The notes under the pieces are model-generated. The model did no database searches and was not told where the DNA came from. It was given only the letters and a program-made list of their open reading frames with translations. The translations under genes were made by a program, and so were the position numbers. This document shows, in pieces, positions 25,871 through 40,560 of a DNA stretch of 64,000 nt. Source of the stretch: Macrostomum lignano (lineage: Eukaryota); the NCBI GenBank assembly GCA_002269645.1, contig NIVC01000103.1, forward strand, positions 679,393 through 743,392, read 5' to 3'. Every line of letters begins with the position of its first letter. The stretch's first letter is position 1.

Positions 25871-26634
25871 CAGACGGGATCTCAAGCGAGACGGCCCGCC
25901 GGAGGCATTTGCAGTGTGCCAGTGTGCAGGTTAAACTTAAGTGGCGCAAGACACGGGGAGCTGCATGGGCAGAAAAAAATCATTGAGGAAATCAAAGGCT
26001 AGAATAGCTAATTGATTTTTGTCTTCTTCTTTCAGGAAAGGCAGGGGGCGCAAGAAACGAAATAGGGATGGATCGAGTATTTGAGATGGGAACAGGACAG
26101 ACTCGGCATGGGTGGAGCTCCGGGATTCAGAGAGTGCTTGCTTCCTTTTCCTCAAGTCCAATTTGAGAAATCCCCTCCTCCCTTGCAATATCGTCTCTCC
26201 TTATACTTTTCCTCCTGCATTTTACTCTTGAAGAAGTATCAAGGACTATAGGAAGGGAAAAAGCACTTCACCGGCAGTAGATATTCGCGGAATTCGAAAT
26301 ATCCTGCAGGAGCTGGACAAAACTCCCATGAGTCCCAGAAAGGCAATAAAATTTAAAATTCCCCCATTGGTGAAGGATAAACGCGACGACCGTCTCTTCA
26401 TCATCTTAAGTAGCCATCATCAGCTTAAAAGCATTTTTTTCAATTTCAAAACCTATCCGTCCCAAATGGTGTGTGAATCAGTGGGATTAATAGATAACGT
26501 GAGGATTTGTGGGGAACAAGTGCATGAAAAGCAACTTCTCTTTCAAGTGTTTTTTGTCTGACTAAACCTGTCAATCACTTTATATATAGTGAAGAATGTC
26601 GAACTGCAGGAATAGTACAAAATCAATTGCAAAC

Positions 26635-26711
26635 AGGAGCGGATTGAGGGTCTCTTGACTCTCTTCTGGGGGTGGTCAGCGACCCCTTGACCCCCCTGTA
26701 TCCGCCCATTG
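26635..26711. mobile_element. Degenerate short MITE-like element
   Basis: caggagcggatt...tatccgcccattg imperfect inverted ends around a G/C-run core. No TSD confirmed. Confidence 0.3.
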
Positions 26712-26924
26712 ATTACAAGTTTGGCATATCAGCTTATGGATCGAATGAGAACTATAGTTTTAAAACTTAAAAGCATCGATTCCACGCACTGCGAGCATTA
26801 GGACTTGTCAACATGGGCACATGGCTCACTAATGGCTTGAGTCATCTTGCCAAAATCGCACTGGACTGGAGTGAGTCATACAGGTCAAGGCAAACTCGAA
26901 ATCCAAGCAACTTGCACTATAAAT

Positions 26925-27045
26925 TGACTCTATAGCTTCCAATTCATGTGACTCTATAGCTTCCAATTCATGTGACTCTATAGCTTCCAATTCATGTGAC
27001 TCTATAGCTTCCAATTCATGTGACTCTATAGCTTCCAATTTATGT
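26925..27045. repeat. 24-bp repeat x5 (TGACTCTATAGCTTCCAATTCATG)
   Basis: Five near-identical copies. Confidence 0.92.
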
Positions 27046-27185
27046 GGCTCTGCACACAGGTGAATGCATTTGACTTAGTACAATGTTGTATATAAAGTAA
27101 TATAACTGTAAAACCGTCTACAGCTGTTTCATAATCTCTCCTAATCCTATGAACCTCTTTACTCATATGATTTTTTACTTCCTTT

Positions 27186-27815
27186 CTAATGACCCTTGCT
27201 CTTCCTCCCCAATGACCCCCCTGCTCTTCCTCCACAATGACCCCCTGCTCTTCCTCCCCAACGACCCCCTGCTCTTCCTCCCCAATGACCCCTGCTCTTC
27301 CTCCCCAATGACCCCCTGCTCTTCCTCCCCAATGACCCCCTGCTCTTCCTCCCCAATGACCCCCTGCTCTTCCTCCCCAATGACCCCTGCTCTTCGCCTC
27401 CAATGACCCCCTGCTCTTCGCCTCCAACGACCCCCTGCTCTGCCTCCAATGACCCCTGCTGTGCCTCCCCAATGACCCCCTGCTCTGCCTCCAATGACCC
27501 CTGCTGTGCCTCCCCAATGACCCCCTGCTCTGCCTCCAATGACCCCCTGCTCTGCCTCCAATGACCCCTGCTGTGCCTCCCCAATGACCCCCCCTGCTCT
27601 GCCTCCCCAATGACCCCGCTCTGCCTCCCCAATGACATCTTATCTTCCTCACCAATGACCCCCTGCTCTGCCTCCAATGACCCCTGCTGTGCCTCCCCAA
27701 TGACCCCCCTGCTCTGCCTCCCCAATGACCCCGCTCTGCCTCCCCAATGACATCTTATCTTCCTCACCAATGACCCCTGCTCTTCCTCCCATTATGACCC
27801 AGTTCTTCCTTCCCA
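27186..27815. repeat. 23-24-bp C-rich minisatellite (CAATGACCCCCTGCTCTTCCTCCC)
   Basis: Tandem copies. Confidence 0.92.
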
Positions 27816-30179
27816 TGAGATGACCTCGGCCCTATAAACACACGCAGCAACACAGTTCATCAAGACTAAAACACAATTAAATTCTAAGGTTACAATTATC
27901 ATATGTTTTGTTTTCCTGTGAAGCAAAGTAGCTATCAAATATCATTTTAAAAGCAGTGAAGCTTGATCTTTGACATTTAATATAGAATTGTTATTGTTTA
28001 TACTATACTAAAATACTATAAAAGTAAAGTAGATCCAACTAGAAGCCAGCTGACCTAACAGGACAGAAGTGACCAAAGCAGAGCAGGCACCAAAGGAGCC
28101 AACCAAAAGTCAATACAGGCACCAGATGCATTACAAGAATCACTCAGCTGAATAACTACCTTTTTGATTTCTCCCTGAACTCATTATTTTGACCTTAGGA
28201 AACCCTCTTCGACTTTGGGTTATTTTTCTAATTTGACCATTTCGCTAATAACTTCTTTCTTTAGCCTCCTGCTTTTCCAGTATTGAGGACAGTCTCTGGT
28301 GGATATTTTAGTCTTAGAAGTCTTTACATTTATTTTTGGAGAACCGGGGTATAAACGGATTAATAACCAATGAATCAATCTATTTGGAAACATTGCACAA
28401 GTTGTAGCTATCTGTCTTACCTCGAGCTATTTGTCCACAACTCCTGGAACTGTCGAGATGAAGAAGAGACTGAACTGGATGGATGTAGAATAACAATTAG
28501 ATAAGCTTAGATAAGCTGCCGGTTCAGTTCAACTGCTGACATGTTTGGCTATTGCATGGCAAGATAATTTAATCTAAACACTTCTTTTATAAAACCAAGA
28601 CGCTTTTCTTTTTAACTTTAAATGCTGAATTTTTGGCAGAGAAAAGCTAGCTGTCTCCGAGTCCTGCCTGTCGGTCTTCAGAACTTAAACTAATTGCTCA
28701 GTTAATATCCAGGGCCTTAATATAAAGGAGGGAATAGAGCTTAGTTCTTTAACCATAGAAGGGAGGTCCGCGGGCTCCTCCTCCAAGGTCCCGTCCTTTT
28801 CTGTCTGAGCTAGACCCCGGGGGGAGAAAGGTCTGCCCCCACCACCCCACCACCAACCCCTGCCGGCTCTGAAACTTGATTGTACACTGTCTGCCGGCTG
28901 CCCGTGAGACTTGAACGCTCATTGGCTGAGCCAAAACCCCTCTTATTTTTCAGAGTGGCGCCAATTCTTCACCCCCAAAACGGTCCGGCCCCCTCCCCCG
29001 CCACCCCTTTCACTGTCGCGCCTTCTGAATTGAATAAGTAATTACCCCAGCCCCACCCCCCAGGACCATTTTAAATGGCCCCCCGCCCGCGCGGGACTTA
29101 TACGGTTTTAAGAGTTTCAAAGACCTTTTTGGTCTCAGCTTGATTTCTAAGACAAAATGCTAAACAGCCCTATAATAAAATGAAACAAACCCTAACTTCT
29201 CTCTTCTATCTTCTGACTGCTCTACCTCTAACCTGTCAAATTCTAATTCTACAAATACTAACCCAACCCAAAGGCAAAGCCAAGCTAAGCCCTATTTTAC
29301 TATTCTAATATAGAAAGCTTAATGACCGCTCAGAACTTTATTAGACAGTTTCCCTTTCTGCACCCCCTCAGCCCTCGGCTCTCCGCCCTCCCGCCGCGCC
29401 GCCCTCCACCATGCAGGCCCGTAAGCTATTTTTCTTTCTCAACACCCCATAGCTAGAAAGCAACAAAAAGAATTAAGAAACAAAAAACTGACACTTGTCT
29501 GACTATTCAAGCAGCGCAAGAGGCCAAAAAAGAGACAGATGCGCGCCCAAAAGGAGAGGGGACCCTGGGCTGGCCCAACCTTCCGAGTTTTGCTATTTAA
29601 GCAGCGAAAAAAGCAATAAGCAATGCAATTAAGCCTTGATGAGAGTATGGAGGGGCTCCCTGCAGACTCGGTTTGGTCTTCTTGGCGTGGTGTTTAAGAA
29701 TAATTTTGACGTTTTTCTTTTGTTGTCGTGACTCATTCATTCATTGCCTTGCCCCCCCCCCCAGCCGTCTTTTAGCGTCTTTTTGCCTCCTTTCAAAGCC
29801 GGACTGCAGACACATGCCAAAGCATATAGGCAACCCCAGCAACAGCAATAGAAGAAGCCTTTGGTTGGTCCCGCAGAAAGCAATTGTATAGCAGAAAGCT
29901 GCAATACCAGTTTGACAGGCTTTCTTTTCGAATTTTTGACAGCAGCACGCAGAAGCTTACTGCCTCTGGACTTAAGCTTAATTCATTTCTCACTTAATAG
30001 CCATACTCCTAGCTAAAATGGAAACTATAAACTCAACATTCAAAAAGACAGATTATACTCGTAATACTGACTAATACAGAAAGTCAATAAAACAAAGCGA
30101 ATCTGTTTTGCTCGACATAATCCCTAATCGTGACCTCAATGAGTAATTCTTACCTCTGAACTGCTCCATTTCTCTTTGG

Positions 30180-30490
30180 CTTCTCTCCTTCTCCCTCTAC
30201 CTCTCCCTCTCCCTCTCCCTCTCCCTCTCCCTCTCCCTCTCCCTCTCCCTCTCCCTCTCCCTCTCCCTATCCCTCTCCCTCTCCCTCTCCCTCTCCCTCT
30301 CCCTCTCCCTCTCCCTCTCCCTATCCCTCTCCCTCTCCCTCTCCCTCTCCCTCATTCTCGCCCTCTCCCTCTTTCTCTCCCTCTCCCTCTCGCTTTCCTT
30401 CTCTCTACCCTCTCTCTACGCTCTCTCTACCCTCTCCTTACCCTCTCTCTACCATCTCTTCCCTCTCTCTATCCTCTCTCTACCCTCCTT
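30180..30490. repeat. (CTCTCC)n simple repeat
   Basis: Source of the poly-LP ORF. Confidence 0.93.
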
Positions 30491-32559
30491 TTTTCAATCA
30501 TTGCAAACTGGAAAAAAGCTATAGCCAACACTATCCCTTTGGCATGATAGCAGTTTAGCCATAATGACCACACTTCCCTATCCCTATACACTTTATTCCC
30601 TCCAAATCCTCCCTTACGTGTGGGTGTGGAGTCAGCTCTAAAATGCGCCGTGCAAACTTAACTGTTTGAACTAACTGGCGACAGATTAACTGCATGCTGC
30701 ACACAACATCCCCCCCCACCTTGCATGCACATCTGCAGGAACTGTCAATTGTTAAAGCATGAAGCTTATAGAGCATTATAATAGCCTCAATAAATTATCC
30801 AATCCGTTAGATGGAGCTCTGCAGGTATAAAGCGCTATTGACGATTGAGAGAGAACAGGGAGTGTGGCCCGTTCACCTCATGTGACTGCATTGCTGTTTT
30901 CCTGCTCTATATTCCACAAAAAACTCCCCAACATCATCACATGTAGCAACTGTCCAAGCCAGATTCTCAGGTGTGATGGGGAGACGCGCGACCATGCAGT
31001 CATGTTGGCGTTGGCAGCTCCTGTTCTGCTCAATTTTTCAGGCGCTATGAGCAGCCAAGGGCGGGCAACCCCCCTTCCCTCATTGTGCCGCGACTGTACT
31101 TCACGCACTGAGAGTGAAGCATGCAAATGGAAATAGGATGGAATGTCAGAACCATCGCAACTATAGCCTGATGGGCCTTAGACAACCCAAACGCTCGGGT
31201 GAGAGTCTAAAAAAATTCATAAAAATCAATTTAGATTTCACAAAGTTCTACCATAGACAAATTTAGTCGAGAAAATGTAATTTTCGTCAGACTTAGGCTT
31301 GTTAAAGCTCCGCGAATTAAAGCTTGGGGAATGTCTTTGGTCAACATAGAAGGGGAAATGTCTATGGTGAAACGCCGAGACTGTCTATGGCAAATCCTTA
31401 GTATAGGCGCTGTGCTAACTGAAACATGAAAATTCCGATGAGTATCATCGGACAGTTCTGAATTATAAGAAGGACGCTAAAGAAATTCTTAGAAACATCT
31501 GGCTGGCAAACGTCGACTGGCAAACGTAGAACGTTCTCGAATCAGAACGTAAATCAGATTTTTCTATCGTGAGGACTTTTCTCGATAAAATTGGTTTATG
31601 GTATTAAGCCCCATTCAACTATATAGCGTTCCTTATAGCACATCACAGATTCTAATATAACACTAGATGGATCTCGATCTCGAGGATCTCGAACGAATCA
31701 AGGTGAATTGCATGCAGCGATGCACCAGCTCCAAAAAATGCTGCGCAGCTGCATTCAACACGAACAAAGGACCAATAGAAAGTGGACGCAAATTAAATAT
31801 AAATCAATATCCGATCATTTGGATGCTATTGGAGTTCGACTGAAGTGGAGTGCGATTCAGAGTCAGGAGTTGACGATCATGCTGCGACACTTTGGTTGCT
31901 CAGCCTTTTTCTGCGAGTTTCTTGTCTCATTTCTCCAACAACACCCAGAAACCAGCGGTCAAAAAGTGGCAACTTTAATCCAACTCTAACCATAACTCTC
32001 CACTCTTTCCTCACACCAGCCTAAGCTGGGGCTTTGTGACGCAACTTGCATCTGCAACCACCAGTTGAGACGAGAACCGTACTAGGGCGTGGCTGTTATA
32101 TACGTCCCTTACATGGATTCCAGCTATCCATATTGATTGATCGTACTTGCTTTGTGCGTTGATTAGTACTATAGTTAACTACTGTCAGCTCGGAGCAGTA
32201 TGCATTATCAGTACATATCCGATGTATCGAGCAAAATGCAATTGGTTACGGAAAAAACGATTTCTTTACAATTGCATATTCAAGGGCTTGATGCATGGTA
32301 ACACACTTTTGCCACCTCTTCGCCATTACATGAGGCAGCTAGTCTTGGCTTATGAATAAATTAGTGATTAACCTCGCAAATTGCTTCAGTCCAAGGCTCC
32401 TTTCTCTCGCCTTTACAGGTGTTTAGTAAATTATTGATCGATTGTTATGCCTATTGTGTGTCGCTTCTCTAATTTGAACTCACTAGCTAGAGAAAAATGG
32501 GAAGATTCTGTAAGGTGCTGCTAGTGTAACCGTAGTTTAGGTGTGCAAAACCCAATACA

Positions 32560-32905
32560 GAGAGTGACAGTGCGATTGTGACAGTGAGTGATGCTGACAT
32601 AGAGAGTGACATCCTAGAGAGTGACCCGAACAGTGACAGAGTGACATCTTAGAAGGGTGAACTAAACATTGACATAGGGAGTGACTCCTAAAGAGTGACC
32701 CAAACAGTGACAGAGTGACATCTTATAAGGGTGACCCAAACAGTGACATAGAGAGTGACATCTTAGAGACTGACCCAAACAGTGACATAGAGAGTGACAT
32801 CTTAGAGACTGACCAAAACAGTGACATAGAGAGTGACATCCTAGAGACTGACCCAAACAGTGACATAGAGAGTGACATCCTAGAGACTGACCCAAACAGT
32901 GACAT
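32560..32905. repeat. 39-bp minisatellite (GACCCAAACAGTGACATAGAGAGTGACATCTTAGAGACT)
   Basis: Tandem copies. Confidence 0.9.
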
Positions 32906-33954
32906 CAAAGAGAGTAACGCAATTGGAGTTATAAATATTCATCGTTCCAAAACAACAACAACAAAAACAACAATCGCCAAACACAAAGAACCCCGAAAGA
33001 AGGTTAGCAAACTGAAGCGACTCTTAATGCCTCAGTCAAGTGCATTTCGTAGGAATGAAATAATGAATTTGATTGGAGACAACTGCATCAAACCGATCTG
33101 ATTGGATAAAAACCATCGATCAGAGAAAGTGCTGCAAAAAAGCCCAATCGAGTCAGCTAGTTCAACAATATATAACATCAGCTGACTGCAGGATCAAGTA
33201 AGTTAAAGTAAATAAGGCAAAACTGCATGCCAGTCCGGGGTCCAAGGTCGGTTGAGTGTATAGAGAGCTTTCGAGAAGCGACTTTGAGAAGACACAAGGG
33301 TTGGGCGGCAACATGAGAGGGGAATGAAATAAGTAAGGACGAAGGGGATTCGAAAGAGAGCTTCCACTTAGCAGCCAAATTGCAAAATTGAAGCGCGCCA
33401 AGGAAGTGTATCGATTTCCTATCTATAGCTCCAGCTTCACCGGGGGCCCAGGTCATCCCCCCTCTGAAGTTCAAGCCATGGACAACTTGAACTAAGTGTC
33501 TGGACTCGGGCGATCTAAGCTTTCTTTCAGTTTTTTTTGAAGAGCGTTTTTGCAGAGTGCTGAATGAGATTCTACCATAGACAATGTCTCATAGAAAAAA
33601 TGTACATAAGATATAGAAACAACCGACATTTCGCAGGCGGCCGTCTTATGTACATGTATTGCCAGTATAGGGAACTAAGGACTTGAATGCGCTGCTTCTC
33701 CAGACTCTCCAGGCAAAATTTGGCCAAGAAGAACTCAATAGGCGGCAATAGAGCAGCTTCCCCTTTTTTTAAGTCAACTTTTCGTGCTTACACAGCCTCC
33801 TCCAGAATGTTGTCGGAGTGAAGTGCTTCACGGCAAACCCAGAGAGTGTTTGCGGGAGTTGACACGACGATACCTTTATAGTGTCAGTTCTCACCATCCT
33901 TCTTGAGTAGAATAGCGAAGATTGAGACATCTCGTGTCTCGAAAAGTAGGTTGT

Positions 33955-34995
33955 GGGTGAGATCGAGTAGCGATGGGGTGAGATTGAGTAGGGATTGGGG
34001 TGAGATTGAGTAGAGTTTAGGGTGAGATCGAGTAGGGATTGGGGCAGATTGAGTAGAGATTAGGGTGGGATTGAGCAGCGATTGGGGTGAGATTGAGTGG
34101 GGATTGGGGGGAGAGATTGATATAGTGATAGGGGGTGAGATTGAGTAAGGATTGAGGGTGAGATTGAGTAGGGATTGAGGGTGAGATTGAGTAGGAATTG
34201 GGGGGAAATTGAATAGTGATAGGGGGTGAGATTGAGTAGGGATTGGGGATGAGATCGAGTGTGAGATTGAGTAGGGATTGAGGGTGAGATGAGTAGGGAT
34301 TGGGAGTGAGATTAAGTAGAGATTGGAGGTGAGATTGAGTAGGGATTGGGGTTGAGATTGAGTAGGGATTGGGGGTGAGATTGAGTAGGGATTGGGAGTG
34401 AGATTGAATAGTGATAGGGGGTGAGATTGAGGGTGAGATTGAGTAGGGATTGAGGGTGAGATTGAGTAGGGATTGGGGGTGAGATTGAATAGTGATAGGG
34501 GGTGAGATTGAGGGTGAGATTGAGTAGGGATTGAGGGTGAGATTGAGTAGGGATTGAGAGTGAGATTAAGTAGAGATTGGGGGTGAGATTGAGTAGGGAT
34601 TAGGGGTGAGATTGAGTAGGGATTGGGGTGAGATTGAGTAGGGATTAAGGGTGAGATTGAGTAGGGATTAAGGTGAGATTGAGTAGGGATTGGGGGTGAG
34701 ATTGAGTAGGGATTAAGGTGAGATTGAGTAGGGATTAAGGTGAGATTGAGTAGGGATTAAGGTGAGATTGAGTAGAGATTAGAGTGAGATCGAGTAGGGA
34801 TTGGGGGGAGATTGAATAGGAATTGGGGTTGAGATTGAATAGTGATAGGGGGTGAGATTGAGTAGGGATTGAGGGTGAGATTGAGTAGGGATTGGGGGTG
34901 AGATTGAATAGTGATAGGGGGTGAGATTGAGGGTGAGATTGAATAGTGATAGGGTGTGAGATTGAGTAGGGATTGGGGTTGAGATTGAGTACGGA
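33955..34995. repeat. 22-23-bp minisatellite (GAGATTGAGTAGGGATTGGGGGT)
   Basis: 1-kb degenerate array. Confidence 0.92.
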
Positions 34996-35869
34996 GCAGC
35001 ATCATTTATTTGGCTGGCTGAGTAATACTCAAGGTGAATGGGTCCTATTTATTACAAATGATTGTTCCTAAAATTCGCACATTTTAGATGACTAACACTG
35101 ATCCCACTTTAACCTGCCCTGATGAGCAGCACAGCAGGAAAAGCATATATTGCAGGTATCTTTATATCCCGGCGCAGGCCAATTGAATAATTGATACCAA
35201 TTTTACATGATATTGCAATGCCTCTTTGCATTGCAAGCAAAACTGTGCAAAACTTGCTAATATAAGAAAGATTACGCAATCCCCCGAGTTGCTAGGGCAT
35301 AATTTTTGACTAATTTTTTTCACCTCCCATAATTCTTCATACTTTGCAGCTCGTAGGGTTCTTAAATCCCCTTTGGCTTTCCCCATTCAGCCAAGCAGCT
35401 GGCGGAAGAGAAGGCGGGAGTTGCTGCTGCAGGAAAGGCGGGGTTCACGGGAGGCTTAGCCGGGTCATTAGTTGCTGGGAGATGATGCAGAGGCAACCGC
35501 AGGTGACGACTGCTTGGCTGGGGGGATGGGGCTGGAAGCTGGGCGGATGATGCGGCTGACACGGCCGCACCAAATGGCCGGAGCATTTCGGCACATTTTC
35601 TGCAGGCCTTCCTTCGTTTCACTTCCCCCCCCCCCTCACCAACAAAATCCCCTCTTTGTCCTGCTTTCACCTCTTTCTCTGTCTCTCGACAGTCTGGTGA
35701 ATTAATTATTAAATCATCTCTTTGGCTTCATGCAGTTGCGAGGCAAGTTAAGGGAGCATCTTTCGGCACCTTCATGGCCGCACTGCTGCTGTGGATGCGA
35801 GAGCCGAGCTGATGCTTCAACTCAGGGATAGTTGGATAGATAGATCGATAGTTAGTTGATTAGAAGTCA

Positions 35870-36885
35870 ATGAGGGAATGTGAGTGACGAAGAGAATGAC
35901 AGAGAGACAGATAGTCACAGCGAGAGTGACAGAGAGAATGACAGAGAGAGTGACAGAGAGAGTGACAGAGAGAGTTACGGAGAGAGTAACAGAGAGAGTT
36001 ACAGAGAGAGTGACAGAAAGAGTGACAGAGAGAGACTGAGAGAGTGACAGAGAGAGAGACTGAGAGAGTGACAGAGAGAGTGACAGGAGAGAGTGACAGA
36101 AAGAGTGACAGAGAGAGTGGCAGAGAGAGTGACAGAGAGAGTGACAGAAAGAGTGACAGAGAGTGACCGAGAGAATGACAGAGAGAGTGACAGAGAGAGT
36201 GAAAGAGAGAGTGACAGAGAGAGTGACAGAAAGAGTGACAGAGAGAGTGACAGAGAGAGTGAAAGAGAGAGTGACAGAGAGAGTGACAGAGAGAGACTGA
36301 GAGAGTGACAGAGAGAGTGACAGGAGAGAGTGACAGAAAGAGTGACAGAGAGAGTGGCAGAGAGAGTGACAGAGAGAGTGACAGAGAGAGGGACAGAAAG
36401 AGTGACAGAGAGAGTGGCAGAGAGAGTGACAGAGAGAGTGACAGAGAGAGTGACAGAGAGAGTGACAGAGAGAGTGACATAGAGAGTGACAGAGAGAGTT
36501 ACGGAGAGAGTAACAGAGAGAGTGACAGAGAGAGTGGCAGAGAGAGTGACAGAGAGAGTGACAGAGAGAGTGACAGAGAGAGTGACAGAAGAGAGAGACA
36601 GAGAGAGTGACAGAGAGTTACAGAAGAGAGAGACAGAAGAGAGAGACAGAGAGAGTGACAGAGAGAGTGACAGAGAGAGTGACAGAGAGAGTGACAGAGA
36701 GAGTGACAGAGAGAGTGACAGAGAGAGTGACAGAGAGAGTGACAGAGAGAGTGACAGAGAGAGTGACAGAGAGATTGACAGAGAGAGAGTGACAGAGAGA
36801 GTGACAGAGAGAGTGACAGAGAGAGTGACAGAGAGAGTGACAGAGAGATTGACAGAGAGAGAGTGACAGAGAGAGTGCCAGAGAG
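35870..36885. repeat. 12-bp minisatellite (GAGAGAGTGACA)
   Basis: 1-kb array; source of the TERV/DRES/SLSL ORFs. Confidence 0.94.
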
Positions 36886-37764
36886 AACAATAGCGTGACA
36901 CGGAGATGACCAGAGAATGACAGAAGGAAAGAACAGGCAACGATAACTGCATTGAGTGATTGCCCAGAAAGGCTAAGGTGTCCCATGCGAAACAATTATT
37001 CACACCCTTCAATCGGTCAATCAGTTCTCTCAGCTCCAAAACTGAGTTAAAGGGACTCAATAATGCCCCAGTCAGAACAGTTGGATATGACTGTTCTCAC
37101 CTTAGATATCCGAGCCAGTATTATCGCTGCGGGGGACAAGTTCGAGTAAGCCGTCATTCCGTAGTCTCTAAGCCTCCCCTTATAGCCAAGCTTAGCTTGT
37201 CTCTCACGAGCCTCCCTCTGTGCAGAAAGCAGATTGAAAAGCTCCCCACTTCGGGATTAAGGAATATTAATCAGTCGCCCCCAGACCCCACGAAATCAGC
37301 TCCACCATGCACCAAAATGAGTGACAGCCTGCATATAACTGTCTATGATAAGCAGTTTGGAACCATATTTTTTTCAACTCTTCTATATAGCTAACGCAAT
37401 ATTAGACACGGATGCTTTCGATGAAGCCAGGAGAGGCTGAACGAAATTGGGTCATTCTGGATGGTGGACCCTGGCTGACCGGTTGAGACTGAGGGCGCGC
37501 TGAAGGAGATGAAGAGGGTAGGGGGGGGGCAGGACTCTCTGATCATCTCAGAGGATTCTGCCAGGCTGAAATGAAATCGCGAGTGGTGGGGATGGGTGAC
37601 TCATTTCTGGTGTAACTCCCCATTTTGCTCTCCCTTCCTCCCTCGATTTGATTGCAGCGCCATCCCTTTGAAATTCTGAGCACTGGAATAAGATGAATGA
37701 ACGAGTGGCACGTGAGGGAGTGGAATAGTTTACTGCTAGATACGCAGTCTAAAGGGGGCGGTAC

Positions 37765-38296
<532 letters not shown>

Positions 38297-39814
38297 TAGC
38301 CACAGACAGTGAAACAGATGAGAATGGAGCGCTGGTGCTCGAGTCCTAATGAGCACAACTTTAAAGATCGATAAAGTTTTTCACGCCCAGAAAAACTCTC
38401 CGACAAAATCATGCTTGGCCCCAGCCTTCGAGTTTTCGGAAATCGGATTAGCCATGAGGGGGTCTCCACTGGCCACTCCCGTCTGGTTGGTCGCGGAGCA
38501 TTCATAATTGCTCTAGAAAGGCCATCCCGTCTTCTTCTCTTCAAGCCGAGAGCAGCTCCATAGATGAGTCGCGAGCATTTGGGATTTGGGATCCAAGATT
38601 TGGTCCTGCTGCAGGGACTGAAAGGCGAAGAGTGAGTCAGAGAACCCAACGGACATCAGAAGCTATACGCGCATGTATTAAGAAAACAGTTTTTTTTAGT
38701 TTAGTAATCAAGCAAACTCTGCCGCCATCGATTTGTATCGGTGCTTGGGGAACAATTGGGAGCAGGCGGGCGCAGCGGTCCTGGACCCGGGAGCAAAGCG
38801 CTATACTATTGTATACATTTAGCCATGGAGACCGAATCAAACTAAAACTTGGAGAAATATAGGAGTAGGCCCTAGTGAATGATTTCAGTTCGTTTATTGA
38901 CCACGAAAACCGTGCATCTTCTTTCTGTACGTCGAAGGTTTGTTTGCATCACAGCGCCGCTTTCGATGTCCTATCTGGTAAAGTGTGAAAAATGTCGACT
39001 TTTTAAAAAATTGTGACAACACCAGCTCACAGCATGTTGCTCAGAATGCAAAGATTTTTTACTCAAGTGTTGAAAATTTATTCAGCTTTAAGATGACACC
39101 AAGTTTACAAATATCGGTTTTACCAAAAAGAAGTTATGATAAATTTTGTGAAATATGACGAAGAGACTTGACTATCTTTTGTGTGTAAACGACAGCTGCT
39201 ATTACTCCAACTGCTGGTTCTGGACCTCCTTGATATTGCTAACGACTTTTCGCCTTTCTATTTTCTATTCTCATTTTTTTCTACTTTTCTTTATTCTTCT
39301 CCGACTGCTGCTCCCGAGAGCTTCCTTCCTTCCTCTCTCTCCTCCTCTCAGCTTTGCCCCTCTTTCATTCTTCAGTCGGCTTCCTCTCAGAAATTTTCTC
39401 CTGCGTTACTCACTCTTTCACTCGCTCTGAACTTACTTTTATTTTCTCACTGGGCTACTCACGCAGACTTTCGCTCCTATATAGGTTTCGTTGAGTTTCT
39501 TATATGTACGCGACTGTTTTGAGTCAGCGGTTATAAACTTGATTGGGGGGGGGTTTATTGGAGTGGTTTTTTGAAGTTGCTGCATTGTGACAAAAATGCT
39601 GTGCGGTTTTCTAATCTCAGGTTTGAGTTCACTTTCGCGCTGGCGGATCTATAATAATTAATCTATAATACACTGAGGAGCGATCAGATATTCGTAGGAC
39701 TGCTGGGGTATTGACTTAAAGAGGTACTACGGTATTTCGTTGGCCCAGTTGTCGAAGTAATCCAGGAGGGGTGGCATGGGTATCTACATGTGGGCGTATC
39801 TAAACAGGTTTCAG

Positions 39815-40560
39815 GTACTCATAGATCGGTTCTAGCGGGTATCTAGATCGGTTCTGGGGTATCTAGATCGGTTCTAGGGTATCTAGATCGGTTCTAGGGT
39901 ATCTAGATAGGTTCTAGGCTACCTAGATCGGTTCTATGGTATCTAGATCTGTTCTAGGGTATCTAGATCAGTTCTGGGGTTATCTAGATCGGTTCTGGGG
40001 TATCTAGATCGGTTCTGGGGTATCTAGATCGGTTCTAGGGTGTTTAGATCGGGTCCAGGGTATCTAGATCGGTTTCAGGGTATCTATATCGGTTCTAGGC
40101 TATCGAGATCGGTTCTAGGCTATCGAGATCGGTTCTAGGGTATCTAGATCGGTTCTAGGGTATCTATATCGGTCCCAGGGTATCTGTATCGGTCCTAGGG
40201 TATCTAGATCGGTTCCAGGGTATCTATATCGGTCTCAGGGTATCTATATCTGTCGTAGGGTATCTAGATCGGTTACATTGTATCTAGATCAGTTCCAGGG
40301 TATTTAAATTCGTTCCAGGGTATCTATATAAGCTTCGGGGTATCTAGATAAAGCTTCCAGGGTATCTAGATCCGTTTCAGGGTATCTCGCTAGGCTCCAG
40401 GGTATTTATATCAGTTCCAGGGTATCTGGATCTGTTCCTGGGTATCTATATATAAGTTCCTGGGTATCTATTTCAGTTCCGGGGCATCTAGATATTTTCC
40501 AGGGTATCTATATCAGTTCCAGGGTACTTAGATCGGTCACAGAGTATCTAGATAGTCTCC
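39815..40560. repeat. 20-bp minisatellite (GGGTATCTAGATCGGTTCTA)
   Basis: Tandem copies decaying toward the right end. Confidence 0.92.

Noticed and set aside
32715-33101. 128-aa ORF with DIESDILETDPNS repeats
   Set aside because: The first half is the 39-bp array, the rest is low complexity, and no splice context was found.
35113-35160. Hammerhead ribozyme (CTGATGAG...GAAA)
   Set aside because: Stem II lacks the closing G-C pair, and stem III with a UH cleavage site cannot be formed.
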